Source of the DNA: an uncultured Chloroflexia bacterium
GTDB taxonomy: Bacteria > Chloroflexota > Limnocylindria > Limnocylindrales > CSP1-4
Length of the DNA stretch: 64,000 nucleotides
Direction: 5' to 3'
Assembly (NCBI GenBank): GCA_963833225.1
Contig: CAWHXD010000019.1
Span: 192,001 to 256,000, forward strand
Shown here: piece by piece, positions 39,480 to 49,443 of the stretch
Position numbering within the stretch: position 1 is the first letter of the stretch
Layout of the letters: every line of letters starts with the position of its first letter
The notes under the pieces: generated by a model
Told to the model about the DNA's origin: nothing
Seen by the model: the letters and a program-made list of their open reading frames with translations, nothing else
The model's database searches: none
Program-made: the position numbers and the translations under genes

Positions 39480-40457
39480 ATGGCGTCTGAGTCCGCCGCC
39501 AGCAGGGTCGCCGAGCGCGCCATGCGGTCCACCCTGCTCGCTCTCTCGCATCGCCGGGTGCTGGGCCGGCTGGCGACCCGGGTGCCGATCACCCGGCCGA
39601 TGGTGCGGCGCTTCATCTGTGCGGAGACGCTCGAGGACGCGCTGCCGGCGATCCGCACGCTGCGCGACGAGGGGCTGGGAACCACGGTTGACGTGCTGGG
39701 CGAGTCCGTGACGGTCGAGGCGGACGCGCGGGCCGCTGCCGAGCGGTACCGGACGGTCCTCGACGCGCTTGCCCTGAGTGGGCTGGACCGGAACGTGTCG
39801 CTCAAGCCAACCCAGATGGGCCTCGCCATCGACGTCGGGCTTGCCCGTGAGACGATCGGGGGCATCGTGGAGAGGGCCGTGGAGCTGGGCGCGTTCATCC
39901 GCATCGACATGGAGGACCACACCACCACGGACCGGACGCTCGACCTGTGGCGGGACGTGCGCCCGACAGGGTGGCGCGACGGTGGCGCCGACGTGGGGGT
40001 GGTCATCCAGGCGGCGCTCCGCCGGAGTGACGCCGACGTGGAGGCGATCATCGCCGAGGGCGGGAGGGTCCGGCTGTGCAAGGGGGCCTACAACGAGCCC
40101 GCCAGCGTCGCCTACGCCGACAAGGCCGACGTGGACGGGGCCTACGAGCGCCTGATGCTCCGGCTCCTTCGGGCGGGCCGCTACCCGGCTATCGCGACCC
40201 ACGACGTTCGCCTGATCAGGCGCGCCATCGCGGTCGCCGAGGCGGAGGGCATCGCCCGGGACAGCTTCGAGTTCCAGATGCTGTACGGCGTGCGCCGCGA
40301 TCTCCAGGAGCAGCTGGCAGGAGCCGGCTGGCGTGTCCGGACCTACGTGCCCTTCGGCTCCCAGTGGTATCCGTACTTCATGCGCCGGCTTGCCGAGCGC
40401 CCGGCGAACGTCTCGTTCATCCTGCGCAACCTGTGGCGCGAGCGCGGCCGGGCCTGA
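39480..40457 (+). CDS. Proline dehydrogenase (monofunctional)
   Basis: IDMED, RLCKGAY, ATHD, FQMLYG, YFMRRLAERPAN. Confidence 0.93.
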   Translation: MASESAASRVAERAMRSTLLALSHRRVLGRLATRVPITRPMVRRFICAETLEDALPAIRTLRDEGLGTTVDVLGESVTVEADARAAAERYRTVLDALALSGLDRNVSLKPTQMGLAIDVGLARETIGGIVERAVELGAFIRIDMEDHTTTDRTLDLWRDVRPTGWRDGGADVGVVIQAALRRSDADVEAIIAEGGRVRLCKGAYNEPASVAYADKADVDGAYERLMLRLLRAGRYPAIATHDVRLIRRAIAVAEAEGIARDSFEFQMLYGVRRDLQEQLAGAGWRVRTYVPFGSQWYPYFMRRLAERPANVSFILRNLWRERGRA

Positions 40458-40477
40458 TCAGGACCCCGGGAATCCAA

Positions 40478-40505
40478 GAGCCGCCAGGTGGGCCCCTGGC
40501 GGCTC
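40478..40505. terminator. Hairpin between convergent proDH and peptide B
   Basis: GAGCCGCCAGG / CCTGGCGGCTC 11-bp stem. Confidence 0.65.
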
Positions 40506-40538
40506 AGGCCCCGGCGGTGGGGACGGGACAGGAGGCGA

Positions 40539-40634
40539 CTACCAGCGCTTGGCGCCGTCGATGATGAAGCCGAAGGCGGCCATCGAGCCGAGGAACAGGA
40601 TCGCGCGGTTGGCGATGTACTTCATCTTGAGCAT
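40539..40634 (-). CDS. Small peptide B, 31 aa (MLKMKYIANRAILFLGSMAAFGFIIDGAKRW)
   Basis: AAAGGA RBS 6 nt before ATG; C-terminus shared with peptide A. Confidence 0.75.
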   Translation of the reverse strand: MLKMKYIANRAILFLGSMAAFGFIIDGAKRW

Positions 40635-40844
40635 TTCAGTTCCTTTGTTCGAAGCTTGGTAGGGCACTGTCCCTATCGAGGCTTCGACCCTAGCCGGTGC
40701 TCCCGGACCATGGCGATGACCCACTCGTACTGGGACCCCCCCTGACCCTCGAGCCACGTTGACGGCGGGCAACGGTCAGCGCGGGCCGTGGCAGCGGCCC
40801 GGGGCCGGTCCCGACGGGTCTCGGCAGGCCCGGCCAGGCGAGGT

Positions 40845-42296
40845 TCAGGCAGGTCCGTCCGGGACGGCGAACCAGAACGTGCTGCCCTCGCCGGGCACCG
40901 ACGTGACCCGGAGGTCACCGCCATGGGCGCGCACGATCTGGCGGGCGATCGGCAGCCCGAGGCCCGTGCCCCGTGGGCCGTCGGGCACGGTGTCCGAGGC
41001 CTGCCGGAACGGCTCGAAGATGCGGTCGAGGTCCGCCTCGGGGATGCCCCTGCCCGTGTCCGCCACGGCGACCCGCACCTCGCCGTCCGGCCGGTCGACG
41101 GTGACCCTGACCCGGCCTCCCGGGCTGAACTTCACGGCGTTGGACAACAGGTTGATCACGACCTGAACCAGGCGCTCGGCATCACCGTTGATCTCCGGCA
41201 GGTCGCTGGCAACCTCCAGCTCGAGGCGCACCCCACTCACCTCGAACAGGGCCGATGTCGCGGCCGTGGCGCGCCGGACCACGTCCTCGACACGGATCGG
41301 GGCCATGCGCCACTCGAGACGGCCTGCCTCGATCTTGGCCAGGTCGAGGAGATCATTGATCAGGCCGGTGAGCCGCTCACCCTCGTCCACGATGATCCCG
41401 AGGTTGTCGCCCACCTGGCGGACGGCGCGGTCGACCCTGGGCTCGGTGCGGTCCACCACCGGGAACACGACCTCGTCGAGGCGCTTCCGGTTGAGGCGGG
41501 CGAAGCCGACCACCGACGTCAGCGGCGTCCGCAGCTCGTGCGAGACGTTGGCCAGGAAGCGGCTCTTCGCCTCGTTCGCGAGCTCGGCGGCGGCGCGTGC
41601 CTCCTGGGCCTCCGTCGTCGCCGCGAGCAGCTCCGAGGTGCGTTCGGCGACGCGGGCCTCGAGGACCCGATTCTGGGCCTCGAGCTCGGCGTGGAGCCTG
41701 GCGGACTCGATGCCGCCGGCAAGCAGCGAGGCGACCGTGAACAGGAGCGGGCCGTCGTCGGGCTCCAGGGGTTCGCCGCCTCGACGATCGGGGACGATCA
41801 GGACGCCAAGCGTCCCGCCCGCGGTGACCAGCGGGGTGCCGACGAGCCCGGTGGACCCGAGGACGGCGGCCAGCCGCCGGTTCGTCTCGTCGGCATCGGC
41901 GGCGGCATCGCGAACGTGGAGCGGGCCCTCGGCGCGGGCAAGCAGCGCGGGCGCGGCCGCCGGATGCTCGATGGGCACCGCGAGGTCAGCGAGGAGCATC
42001 GAGATGCCGGGCGGTCCGCCGGCAACCTGCCAGCCCCCGATGCTCCGGGTCACGGGGTCGAGGAGGCCGAGGACGCCGCGCTCGAAGGCCAGCCTGTTCA
42101 CGATCTCCGGGAGCGCCACCTCCGTGAGCCGGGCTGGATCGCGGATGGACGCGATGGCGATGCCAAGGGCGTTGATGGTCGCGAGCTCCGAGAGCCGCCG
42201 GCGAAGCCGGTCCTCGAGGGCCGCCGAGCGACCGGCGGCACCGGTGGCGCGGTTCGCCGAGGAGGCGGCTTCCGCTCGGTCCGGCCGGAAGCTCAG
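40845..42296 (-). CDS. GAF-domain sensor histidine kinase (cytoplasmic)
   Basis: FLANVSHELRTPL, NLLSNAVKF, DTGRGI, GTGLGL; frame open upstream to a CTG at 42296. Confidence 0.88.
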   Translation of the reverse strand: MSFRPDRAEAASSANRATGAAGRSAALEDRLRRRLSELATINALGIAIASIRDPARLTEVALPEIVNRLAFERGVLGLLDPVTRSIGGWQVAGGPPGISMLLADLAVPIEHPAAAPALLARAEGPLHVRDAAADADETNRRLAAVLGSTGLVGTPLVTAGGTLGVLIVPDRRGGEPLEPDDGPLLFTVASLLAGGIESARLHAELEAQNRVLEARVAERTSELLAATTEAQEARAAAELANEAKSRFLANVSHELRTPLTSVVGFARLNRKRLDEVVFPVVDRTEPRVDRAVRQVGDNLGIIVDEGERLTGLINDLLDLAKIEAGRLEWRMAPIRVEDVVRRATAATSALFEVSGVRLELEVASDLPEINGDAERLVQVVINLLSNAVKFSPGGRVRVTVDRPDGEVRVAVADTGRGIPEADLDRIFEPFRQASDTVPDGPRGTGLGLPIARQIVRAHGGDLRVTSVPGEGSTFWFAVPDGPA

Positions 42297-43102
42297 GAGG
42301 AGCTCCCCGTTGCGGACCCGTGTCCCGCCTCGATGCCCATGGCGCGCCCGATGGCCGGCCCCGCGAGCGCGGCGATCGCCGTGACGACCTTGAGATCCGC
42401 GGACCGGAACGGCCCGCCGGTGGCCGTGGCGCCGACCACGCCGAGGATGACATCACCGGCCCGGAGCGCCGCCACGACGAGGCTGCCTCCGGCGCGCTCG
42501 GCGTCCGTGGCACGCGGATCCGTGGCGGCATCCTCCACCAGCTCCGTGCCGCCGCTGGCGGCGGTGGCGCCGACGATGCCGGCTCCGATGCGGGCGTCGG
42601 TCAGCGGGCACCCCTGGCCGTCGGAGCCCGGGGCCGCCTCCAGCACGCTCCCGTTCGCGAGCAGGAGGAACCCACGCGCGTCGTGGGGGAGCCTGGAGAG
42701 CTCCGCCACCGCGGCGGCCACCACCGGTTCGACGGCGTTGGAGCCGCCGATCGCCGCCGCGAGGTCGTAGATCAGCGACAGCTCCCGGTAGCGCTCCAGC
42801 GCCTCGTTGGCCAGCGACCGCTTGTCGCGTTCGCGAGCGGCGGCGTAGGCGAGGACGGCCGCGATCCCCCGCGCCGACCGCCCGCCTTCCACCCAGCCCA
42901 GCAGCTGGCCGTCGACGACGACCTCGCCCCGCGCTTCCGCCTCGCTCCCCGTCGGGCCGGTCCCGTCCGGACCGCCGCGCTGGAGGATCACGCCGCCCTC
43001 GGCATCACGGATCGTCAGGGCCGCGTCGACGGACGCAAGCAGCGCGGACACCATCGGCGCCACGTGGCGGTGCCGCACGATCAGGCGGCGCAGCTCGCTC
43101 AT
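42293..43102 (-). CDS. GAF-domain protein
   Basis: Coiled coil ERYRELSLIYDL followed by GAF (GAGIVG..FRSADLKVV). Confidence 0.75.
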   Translation of the reverse strand: MSELRRLIVRHRHVAPMVSALLASVDAALTIRDAEGGVILQRGGPDGTGPTGSEAEARGEVVVDGQLLGWVEGGRSARGIAAVLAYAAARERDKRSLANEALERYRELSLIYDLAAAIGGSNAVEPVVAAAVAELSRLPHDARGFLLLANGSVLEAAPGSDGQGCPLTDARIGAGIVGATAASGGTELVEDAATDPRATDAERAGGSLVVAALRAGDVILGVVGATATGGPFRSADLKVVTAIAALAGPAIGRAMGIEAGHGSATGSSS

Positions 43103-43479
43103 GCGAGGCCCAGGACGCCGCGGGCGAGCGCGAGCAGCGCGTCCGGGTCGAATGGCTTGGTGAGGTAGTCGTCCGCGCCTGCGGCGAGACCTGCCTCCCG
43201 GTCCATCGCCTGGCCCTTCGCGGTCAGCAGGACGATGTGGGCGCCCGAGGTGGCCGGGTCGGCGCGGACCGCCCGGCACACGTCGAGCCCGTTCCGCCCC
43301 GGCATCATCAGGTCGAGGAACACGAGGTCGGGCCGCTGGGCCGCGATGGCGGCCACGGCCTCATCGCCGTCGGCTGCCGTGTACAGCTCCACGTCCTCGT
43401 CGAGCAGGTCCTCGAGCGTCTGCTCGATGAGCAGGCGGATGTGCTGCTCGTCATCCACGATCAGGATCGTCCGGGCCAT
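43099..43479 (-). CDS. Single-domain response regulator
   Basis: ILIVDDE, FLDLMMP, LLTAKG, YLTKPF. Confidence 0.92.
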   Translation of the reverse strand: MARTILIVDDEQHIRLLIEQTLEDLLDEDVELYTAADGDEAVAAIAAQRPDLVFLDLMMPGRNGLDVCRAVRADPATSGAHIVLLTAKGQAMDREAGLAAGADDYLTKPFDPDALLALARGVLGLA

Positions 43480-43565
43480 TGACCCTCCTCGGTCGGTTGG
43501 GCGCCCACGATGCCCGAATGGGATCGTGCGCGCAAGACCGGGCCGCGCTCGGGCATCATGCGCAG

Positions 43566-44372
43566 ATGCCGAATGACGCCGCAGCTCCTGTCCATGCCAT
43601 CCCGCCGCGTCCCGATCTGCGGCGCCGCGTCCTGGCCGGCGAGCCCACGATCGGGTTGTTCGTGAACCTTGGATCCATCGTCTCGGCGGAGATCGTGGCC
43701 CGGGCCGGATACGACTGGGCGCTGATCGATCTCGAGCACGGGATGGCGACCGAGGCCGACCTGCTCGCCCAGCTGATGGCCGTCCAGGCGACCCCCACGG
43801 CGGCCGTCGTGCGGGTCGTCTCGAGCGAGCGGATGCGCGTTGGCAGGATCCTGGACCTGGGGGCGGACGGCCTGATGATCCCGCGGCTCGAGACGGCACG
43901 GGCGATGCGCGAGACCGTGTCCTGGATGCGGTATCCGCCCGACGGGATCCGGGGCGTGGCCGCGGGTACGCGGGGTGCCGGGTACTCGACCGTGCCGCAC
44001 GCCCAGATCCGGAACGTCAGCGAGCGGGTGCTCGGCGTGTTCCAGGTCGAGTCGCGGGCGGCCGTCGCGGCCGTCGACGAGCTGGCGGCCATGGATGGGG
44101 TCGACGTGCTGTTCGTGGGCCCGGCCGACCTCAGCCACGAGATGGGGATCCCGGGCGAGTTCGGCCACCCGGCCTTCGTCGAAGCGCTCGACCGCGTGGC
44201 GGCGGTCGCGCGGGCGAACGGCAAGGCGGCCGGGATGCTGGTCCGGAACGCGTCCGAGGTGCGGGCCTACCTGGATCGTGGCTACGGGTTCATCGGCATC
44301 GGATCCGACTCCGGCCTGGTCATGAGCGGGGCGCGCCAGCAGCTGGCGGAGGCCCGGGCCGCGCTGGGCTGA
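43566..44372 (+). CDS. HpcH/HpaI aldolase family
   Basis: IDLEHG, RYPPDGIRG, FVGPADLS. Confidence 0.9.
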   Translation: MPNDAAAPVHAIPPRPDLRRRVLAGEPTIGLFVNLGSIVSAEIVARAGYDWALIDLEHGMATEADLLAQLMAVQATPTAAVVRVVSSERMRVGRILDLGADGLMIPRLETARAMRETVSWMRYPPDGIRGVAAGTRGAGYSTVPHAQIRNVSERVLGVFQVESRAAVAAVDELAAMDGVDVLFVGPADLSHEMGIPGEFGHPAFVEALDRVAAVARANGKAAGMLVRNASEVRAYLDRGYGFIGIGSDSGLVMSGARQQLAEARAALG

Positions 44373-44400
44373 CCGCCGCTCCGGCCGACCCCGATAGGGC

Positions 44401-45414
44401 CTACTCCTCGTGGAGGAGGGGCGCCGGCAGGGGGAGCGGCGACCGGGCGCCCCGGGTGGGCATCTGCGACAGGAGGACCCCCGCGAAGATGAGCGCGCCC
44501 CCGACCCACTGGATGGGCCCCAGCCGCTCGCCGAGCAGGAGCGACGCCGCCATGATCGTCCACAGTGGCTCAACCGTGGAGATCAGCGACGCCTGCGCCG
44601 CCCCCACTCGCTGGGCCCCGGCATAGAACCCCTGGACCGCGAGGAAGCCGGCAACCACCGCGACCCCGGCGATGCCCGGCCACGCCTCGCCCGGGATGGT
44701 CGCGGGCAGGACGGGGTGCGCCGTCACAACGCACATGGCCCAGTACACGGCCGCGGTCGTGGTCAGCATCACGGCCACCGCGACGGCCGCGTTCGCTCCC
44801 TCGTCAGAATCGTGACCGGTGCGATCGGAGCGCTCGCCGGAGAGCCGCGCGGCGAGGATGATCCAGCCGGAGTAGAGGAGCGGCGCGGCGATCACCAGGA
44901 GCAGGGCGCCCGGAGGCGGCGCGGTGGTCGCGTTGATGCCGCCCACCGCGAGCACGACGCCCGCAACCGCGATGCCCAGGGCGGTCCACGCCCGGCGGCC
45001 CTCCAGCGGGCGCCCCAGCTTCAGGGCCAGCACGGCGACGACCGGCGGGTAGATGTAGACGATGAGCGCCGCGAGCGAGAGGTCCACCTCGGCGATGCCC
45101 GCGTAGTAGGTGGCGGTGTTGGATACGTACCAGACGCCCAGGCCCATGGTCGTGAGCAGCGTCCGTCGTGACACCCGGCGAAGCGACCGCCGGGCGGTCG
45201 GGTTGGCGAGCAGGACGAGCCAGGACAGCCCGCCGGCAATCGCGAACCGCCAGGCCATGAGGGTGAGCCAGTCGACGCCGGTCGCATAGACCGGGCGCGC
45301 GAACAGGCCGCCGGAGCCGAAGGCGACGGCGGACATGATGACGAGGGCGATGCCGGTCAGGCGAGCTCGGTCCAACCTGCGGAGGGTACCGAAGGTGAGG
45401 ACGGTCGTCGTCAC
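44401..45414 (-). CDS. DMT/EamA transporter
   Basis: About 10 TMs; ASLISTVEP, LLGERL. Confidence 0.88.
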   Translation of the reverse strand: MTTTVLTFGTLRRLDRARLTGIALVIMSAVAFGSGGLFARPVYATGVDWLTLMAWRFAIAGGLSWLVLLANPTARRSLRRVSRRTLLTTMGLGVWYVSNTATYYAGIAEVDLSLAALIVYIYPPVVAVLALKLGRPLEGRRAWTALGIAVAGVVLAVGGINATTAPPPGALLLVIAAPLLYSGWIILAARLSGERSDRTGHDSDEGANAAVAVAVMLTTTAAVYWAMCVVTAHPVLPATIPGEAWPGIAGVAVVAGFLAVQGFYAGAQRVGAAQASLISTVEPLWTIMAASLLLGERLGPIQWVGGALIFAGVLLSQMPTRGARSPLPLPAPLLHEE

Positions 45415-45507
45415 GGGTCGGCGGGACTCCAATTCGGGGCCGTCCGGACGCCCGCAGCCGGGCCCTCTTCCGGGGCGCGCTCACGCGGGTGCGCGTACAC
45501 TGGCCAC

Positions 45508-46020
45508 GTGGCTGACCTCACTGAGCGCGCTGTTGTCGCGCGTGTTCCCGCCCTGGCATCCCAACCCCTCACCGTCGTCGGTCGGCGGCAACCCGTGTCC
45601 GTGCCGCCCGGCACGACGCTCGGGGCATGCCTGCTCGCGATCCAGCGTGGTGGCACCGGCGATTCGGTGTTCGTGACCGACGCGGAAGGGCGCCTCGCCG
45701 GCGTCCTCACCGAGCGCGACATCTTCGGTCGCCTGGTCGGCCCCGACGTCGCGGCCGGCGTTGACATCGACGTCCCGGTCGAGGAGTTCATGACCACCAG
45801 CCCGCGAACCCTGCGGCTGGAGCACACCGTGCGCGATGCGCTGGAGCTGATGCAGACGGGCCGGTACCGGAACATCCCCGTGGTCGACGAGGACCGGCGC
45901 CTGGTGGGCGTCGTCCGCCAGGTCGACATCCTCAAGTTCCTCGCGGAATCGTTCCCGGAGGAGCTGCTCAACCTCCCACCCCGACCCCACCAGCAAATCG
46001 AGCAGGCCGAAGGCGGATGA
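45508..46020 (+). CDS. CBS-pair protein
   Basis: GVLTERDI, FMTTSP, YRNIPVVD. Confidence 0.85.
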   Translation: MADLTERAVVARVPALASQPLTVVGRRQPVSVPPGTTLGACLLAIQRGGTGDSVFVTDAEGRLAGVLTERDIFGRLVGPDVAAGVDIDVPVEEFMTTSPRTLRLEHTVRDALELMQTGRYRNIPVVDEDRRLVGVVRQVDILKFLAESFPEELLNLPPRPHQQIEQAEGG

Positions 46021-47912
46021 CCAACACGGACCAATTCGAACACACCGTCCAGGAGCTCGATCGGGTCACGATCCGCTTCGCCGGTGACTCCGGCGACGGG
46101 ATGCAGCTCACGGGGACCCAGTTCACCCGGACGGCGGCCGTCTTCGGCAACGACATCAGCACCTTCCCGGACTATCCCGCGGAGATCCGCGCCCCCGCCG
46201 GCTCACTGCCCGGCGTGTCCGGCTTCCAGATCAGCTTCTCCGCGTCGGACATCCACACCCCGGGCGACGCGCCGGACGTGCTGGTGGCGATGAACCCGGC
46301 GGCGCTCAAGACCAACGTGGTGGACCTGCCGCCGGGCGGCGCGGTCATCGTCAACAGCGACGCCTTCACGACCGGCAACCTGTCGAAGGCGGCCTTCGCG
46401 TCCAACCCGCTGACCGACGACTCGTTGAAGGCGTACCGCGTATTCCCGGTCCCGATCAGCACGCTCAACGCGAACGCGCTCTCCGGCCTGGAGATGACCA
46501 GCAAGCAGATGGACCTGACGAAGAACTTCTTCGCCCTGGGCCTCATGTTCTGGCTCTACGAGCGGTCGATGGACCCGACCCTCAACTGGATCGAGGAGAA
46601 GTTCTCGAGCCGTCCGGTCATCGCCGAGGCCAACGGCCGCGCCCTCAAGGCCGGCTATGCCTTTGGCGAGACGACCGAGATGTTCCACCAGACCTACCGG
46701 GTTCCCAAGGCCAAGCTGCCGCCCGGGACGTACCGCAACATCACCGGCAATGAGGCCACGGCGCTCGGCTTCCTTGCCGCGTCACGAGCAGCAAAGCGCG
46801 ACCTGTTCTACGGCTCCTACCCCATCACCCCGGCCTCGGACATCCTTCACCAGCTGGCGAGCTACAAGAGCTTCGGTGTCCGCACCTTCCAGGCCGAGGA
46901 CGAGATCGCCGCGATCGGGGCAACCATCGGCGCGGCCTACGGGGGTGCCCTGGCGCTGACCGGCACGTCCGGGCCGGGCGTGGCCCTCAAGACGGAGGCG
47001 ATGGGCCTCGCGGTCATGACCGAGCTGCCGCTGGTGATCGTCAACGTCCAGCGGGCCGGACCCTCCACCGGCCTGCCGACGAAGGTGGAGCAGGCGGACC
47101 TGTTCCAGGCCATCTTCGGCCGCAACGGCGAGTGCCCGATGCCGGTGGTCGCGCCGGCCACACCCGGTGAGTGCTTCACGATGGCGGTCGAAGCCGCGCG
47201 CATCGCGCTCAAGTACATGACCCCGGTGCTGTACCTGTCGGATGCGTTCGTGGGCAACGGCGCCGAGCCGTGGCGCGTGCCGTCGGTGGACGACCTGCCG
47301 GACATCTCCGTCCCCAACGCCGTCAAGGGGGAGACCACGTTCCTGCCCTACGGGCGGGATCCCGAGACGCTGAGCCGCCCATGGGCGATCCCGGGGACCG
47401 AGGGCCTCGAGCACCGCATCGGCGGGCTGGAGAAGCTCGACGGCCTGGGCACGGTCAACTACGACGGCGAGAACCACCACCGGATGACGGTGTTCCGCCG
47501 CGACAAGGTCGCCGGCGTCGCCAACGACATCCCCGAGCTCGAGGTCTTCGGGCCCGAGTCCGGCGATCTCCTGATCGTCGGCTGGGGTTCAACCTACGGG
47601 GCCCTGCGCAGCGCCGCCGAGCAGCTCCGGGACGCGGGGAAGTCCGTCGCCCACGCGCACCTCCGCTACCTCTTCCCCTTCCCGGCCAACACGGGTGACG
47701 TGCTTCGTCGCTACCGGGCGGTGCTGGTCCCCGAGCTCAACCTCGGCCAGCTCAGCTTCGTCCTTCGGGGCACGTATCTCGTGGATGCCGTCAGCTACGG
47801 CCGCGTCCGAGGCAAGCCGTTCCGGATCTCCGAGATCGTGGACGAGGCCAACCGGCTCCTGGGCTCGATGGCTGGCGGGAGCGCCGCCCCGAGCCCCGGA
47901 GAGTCCCGATGA
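46017..47912 (+). CDS. korA: 2-oxoacid:ferredoxin oxidoreductase alpha subunit
   Basis: AGDSGDGMQL, YPITPAS, EDEIAA, QRAGPSTGLPT. Confidence 0.9.
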   Translation: MTNTDQFEHTVQELDRVTIRFAGDSGDGMQLTGTQFTRTAAVFGNDISTFPDYPAEIRAPAGSLPGVSGFQISFSASDIHTPGDAPDVLVAMNPAALKTNVVDLPPGGAVIVNSDAFTTGNLSKAAFASNPLTDDSLKAYRVFPVPISTLNANALSGLEMTSKQMDLTKNFFALGLMFWLYERSMDPTLNWIEEKFSSRPVIAEANGRALKAGYAFGETTEMFHQTYRVPKAKLPPGTYRNITGNEATALGFLAASRAAKRDLFYGSYPITPASDILHQLASYKSFGVRTFQAEDEIAAIGATIGAAYGGALALTGTSGPGVALKTEAMGLAVMTELPLVIVNVQRAGPSTGLPTKVEQADLFQAIFGRNGECPMPVVAPATPGECFTMAVEAARIALKYMTPVLYLSDAFVGNGAEPWRVPSVDDLPDISVPNAVKGETTFLPYGRDPETLSRPWAIPGTEGLEHRIGGLEKLDGLGTVNYDGENHHRMTVFRRDKVAGVANDIPELEVFGPESGDLLIVGWGSTYGALRSAAEQLRDAGKSVAHAHLRYLFPFPANTGDVLRRYRAVLVPELNLGQLSFVLRGTYLVDAVSYGRVRGKPFRISEIVDEANRLLGSMAGGSAAPSPGESR

Positions 47913-48940
47913 CCGAAGTTCTCGATCCCGCGCCGATCAAGCTCACCCGCAAGGACTTCGTCTCGGAGTCGGAGGTCCGGTGGTGCCCCGGCTGCGGGGA
48001 CTACTCCATCCTGGCCCAGACCCAGAAGGTGATGCCGGACTTTGGGGTGCCGCGGGAGAACATCGTGTTCATCTCCGGCATCGGGTGCTCCGGCCGGCTG
48101 CCGTACTACATGAACACGTACGGCTTCCACAGCATCCACGGCCGTGCCGCCACCCTCGCCACCGGCCTCCGGATCGCGCGCCCGGACCTGATGGTATGGG
48201 TGATCACCGGGGACGGTGACGCCCTGTCCATCGGTGGCAACCACTTCCTGCACTCCATGCGCAGGAACGTGGATTTCACCATGGTCATGCACAACAACCG
48301 GATCTACGGCCTGACCAAGGGTCAGGCGTCACCAACCTCGGAGATCGGCAAGCGGACCAAGTCCACGCCCATGGGCTCGACGGACCGGCCGATCATGCCG
48401 CTCACGATCGCGCTGGCCGCCGAGGCCACCTTCGTCGCCCGGACGGTCGACAACCACACGGAGCACTTGCAGCACACGCTGGAGGCCGCCGGCCGGCACC
48501 ACGGGGCCGCCTTCGTGGAGGTGCTCCAGAACTGCAACATCTTCAACGACGGCGCCTGGCGGGAGTTCACCGATCGAGAGGTCCGGGACGACCGGATGCT
48601 GGTCCTCGAGCACGGCAAGCCGCTGGTGTTCGGCAAGGAGCGCAACAAGGGCATCCGCCTCAACGGGCTGCACCCCGAGGTGGTGACCATCGGCGAGGAT
48701 GGAGTCACCGAGGCGGACCTCGCGGTCCACGACCAGTACGCCGAGGACCCGTATCTCGCCCTGATCCTGTCGCGGATGTTCTGGCCAGAGTTCCCGGTGC
48801 CGGTGGGCGTGTTCCGGCAGGTGGAGCGCGCGACCGTGTCGGAGCTGATCGAAGCCCAGATCGAGCAGGCGAAGGCCAAGTCAGGCGAGGGCGACCTTGC
48901 CCAGCTTCTCCTGTCCGGCGAGACATGGACGGTGGAGTGA
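47909..48940 (+). CDS. korB: 2-oxoacid:ferredoxin oxidoreductase beta subunit
   Basis: WCPGCGD, GIGCS, GDGDALSIGGNH, YGLTKGQASPT. Confidence 0.9.
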   Translation: MTEVLDPAPIKLTRKDFVSESEVRWCPGCGDYSILAQTQKVMPDFGVPRENIVFISGIGCSGRLPYYMNTYGFHSIHGRAATLATGLRIARPDLMVWVITGDGDALSIGGNHFLHSMRRNVDFTMVMHNNRIYGLTKGQASPTSEIGKRTKSTPMGSTDRPIMPLTIALAAEATFVARTVDNHTEHLQHTLEAAGRHHGAAFVEVLQNCNIFNDGAWREFTDREVRDDRMLVLEHGKPLVFGKERNKGIRLNGLHPEVVTIGEDGVTEADLAVHDQYAEDPYLALILSRMFWPEFPVPVGVFRQVERATVSELIEAQIEQAKAKSGEGDLAQLLLSGETWTVE

Positions 48941-48942
48941 CG

Positions 48943-49443
48943 ATGATCTGTCCCAACTGCCGGTTCGAGAACTTCGCCGGCGACGACACGTGCGCCAACT
49001 GCGGCGCGGACCTGTCGACGATCGACACCCCCCAGCAGGCGCTCGACTACCAGGACACCGTGCTTGGCGAGCATCTCGACGCGCTCGGCCTCGCCGAATT
49101 CCAGACCGTCGCGCCCACGCTCGGCGTGGCGCAGGCGATCCGCCAGATGCATAGCACCGGGACGGACTGCCTGCTGGTGGTGGACGGGGACCAGCTGGTG
49201 GGCATCTTCACGGATCGTGACGCCATCACGAAGGCCGCCGACAAGCGCCTGCAGCTGTTCCACGTCCAGGACTTCATGACCCCGGACCCGGTGGTGCTGC
49301 GGCACGAGGACACGCTGGCGATCGCGATCCACAAGATGGCCGTGGGCGAGTTCCGGCACATCCCGATCGTCGACGACGGCAGGCCGATCGGCCTGGTGGC
49401 GGCGCCCGACCTGTTCCGGCACCTGGTCGCAGCGCTCGGGTGA
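48943..49443 (+). CDS. Zinc-ribbon + CBS-pair protein
   Basis: CPNC...CANCG, GIFTDRD, FRHIPIVD. Confidence 0.85.
   Translation: MICPNCRFENFAGDDTCANCGADLSTIDTPQQALDYQDTVLGEHLDALGLAEFQTVAPTLGVAQAIRQMHSTGTDCLLVVDGDQLVGIFTDRDAITKAADKRLQLFHVQDFMTPDPVVLRHEDTLAIAIHKMAVGEFRHIPIVDDGRPIGLVAAPDLFRHLVAALG

Noticed and set aside
40648-40692. Riboswitch upstream of peptide B
   Set aside because: A nested hairpin (TCGAAGC..TAGGG/CCCTA..GCTTCGA) is present, but I recognise no aptamer consensus and the outer arm overlaps a possible -10 box.
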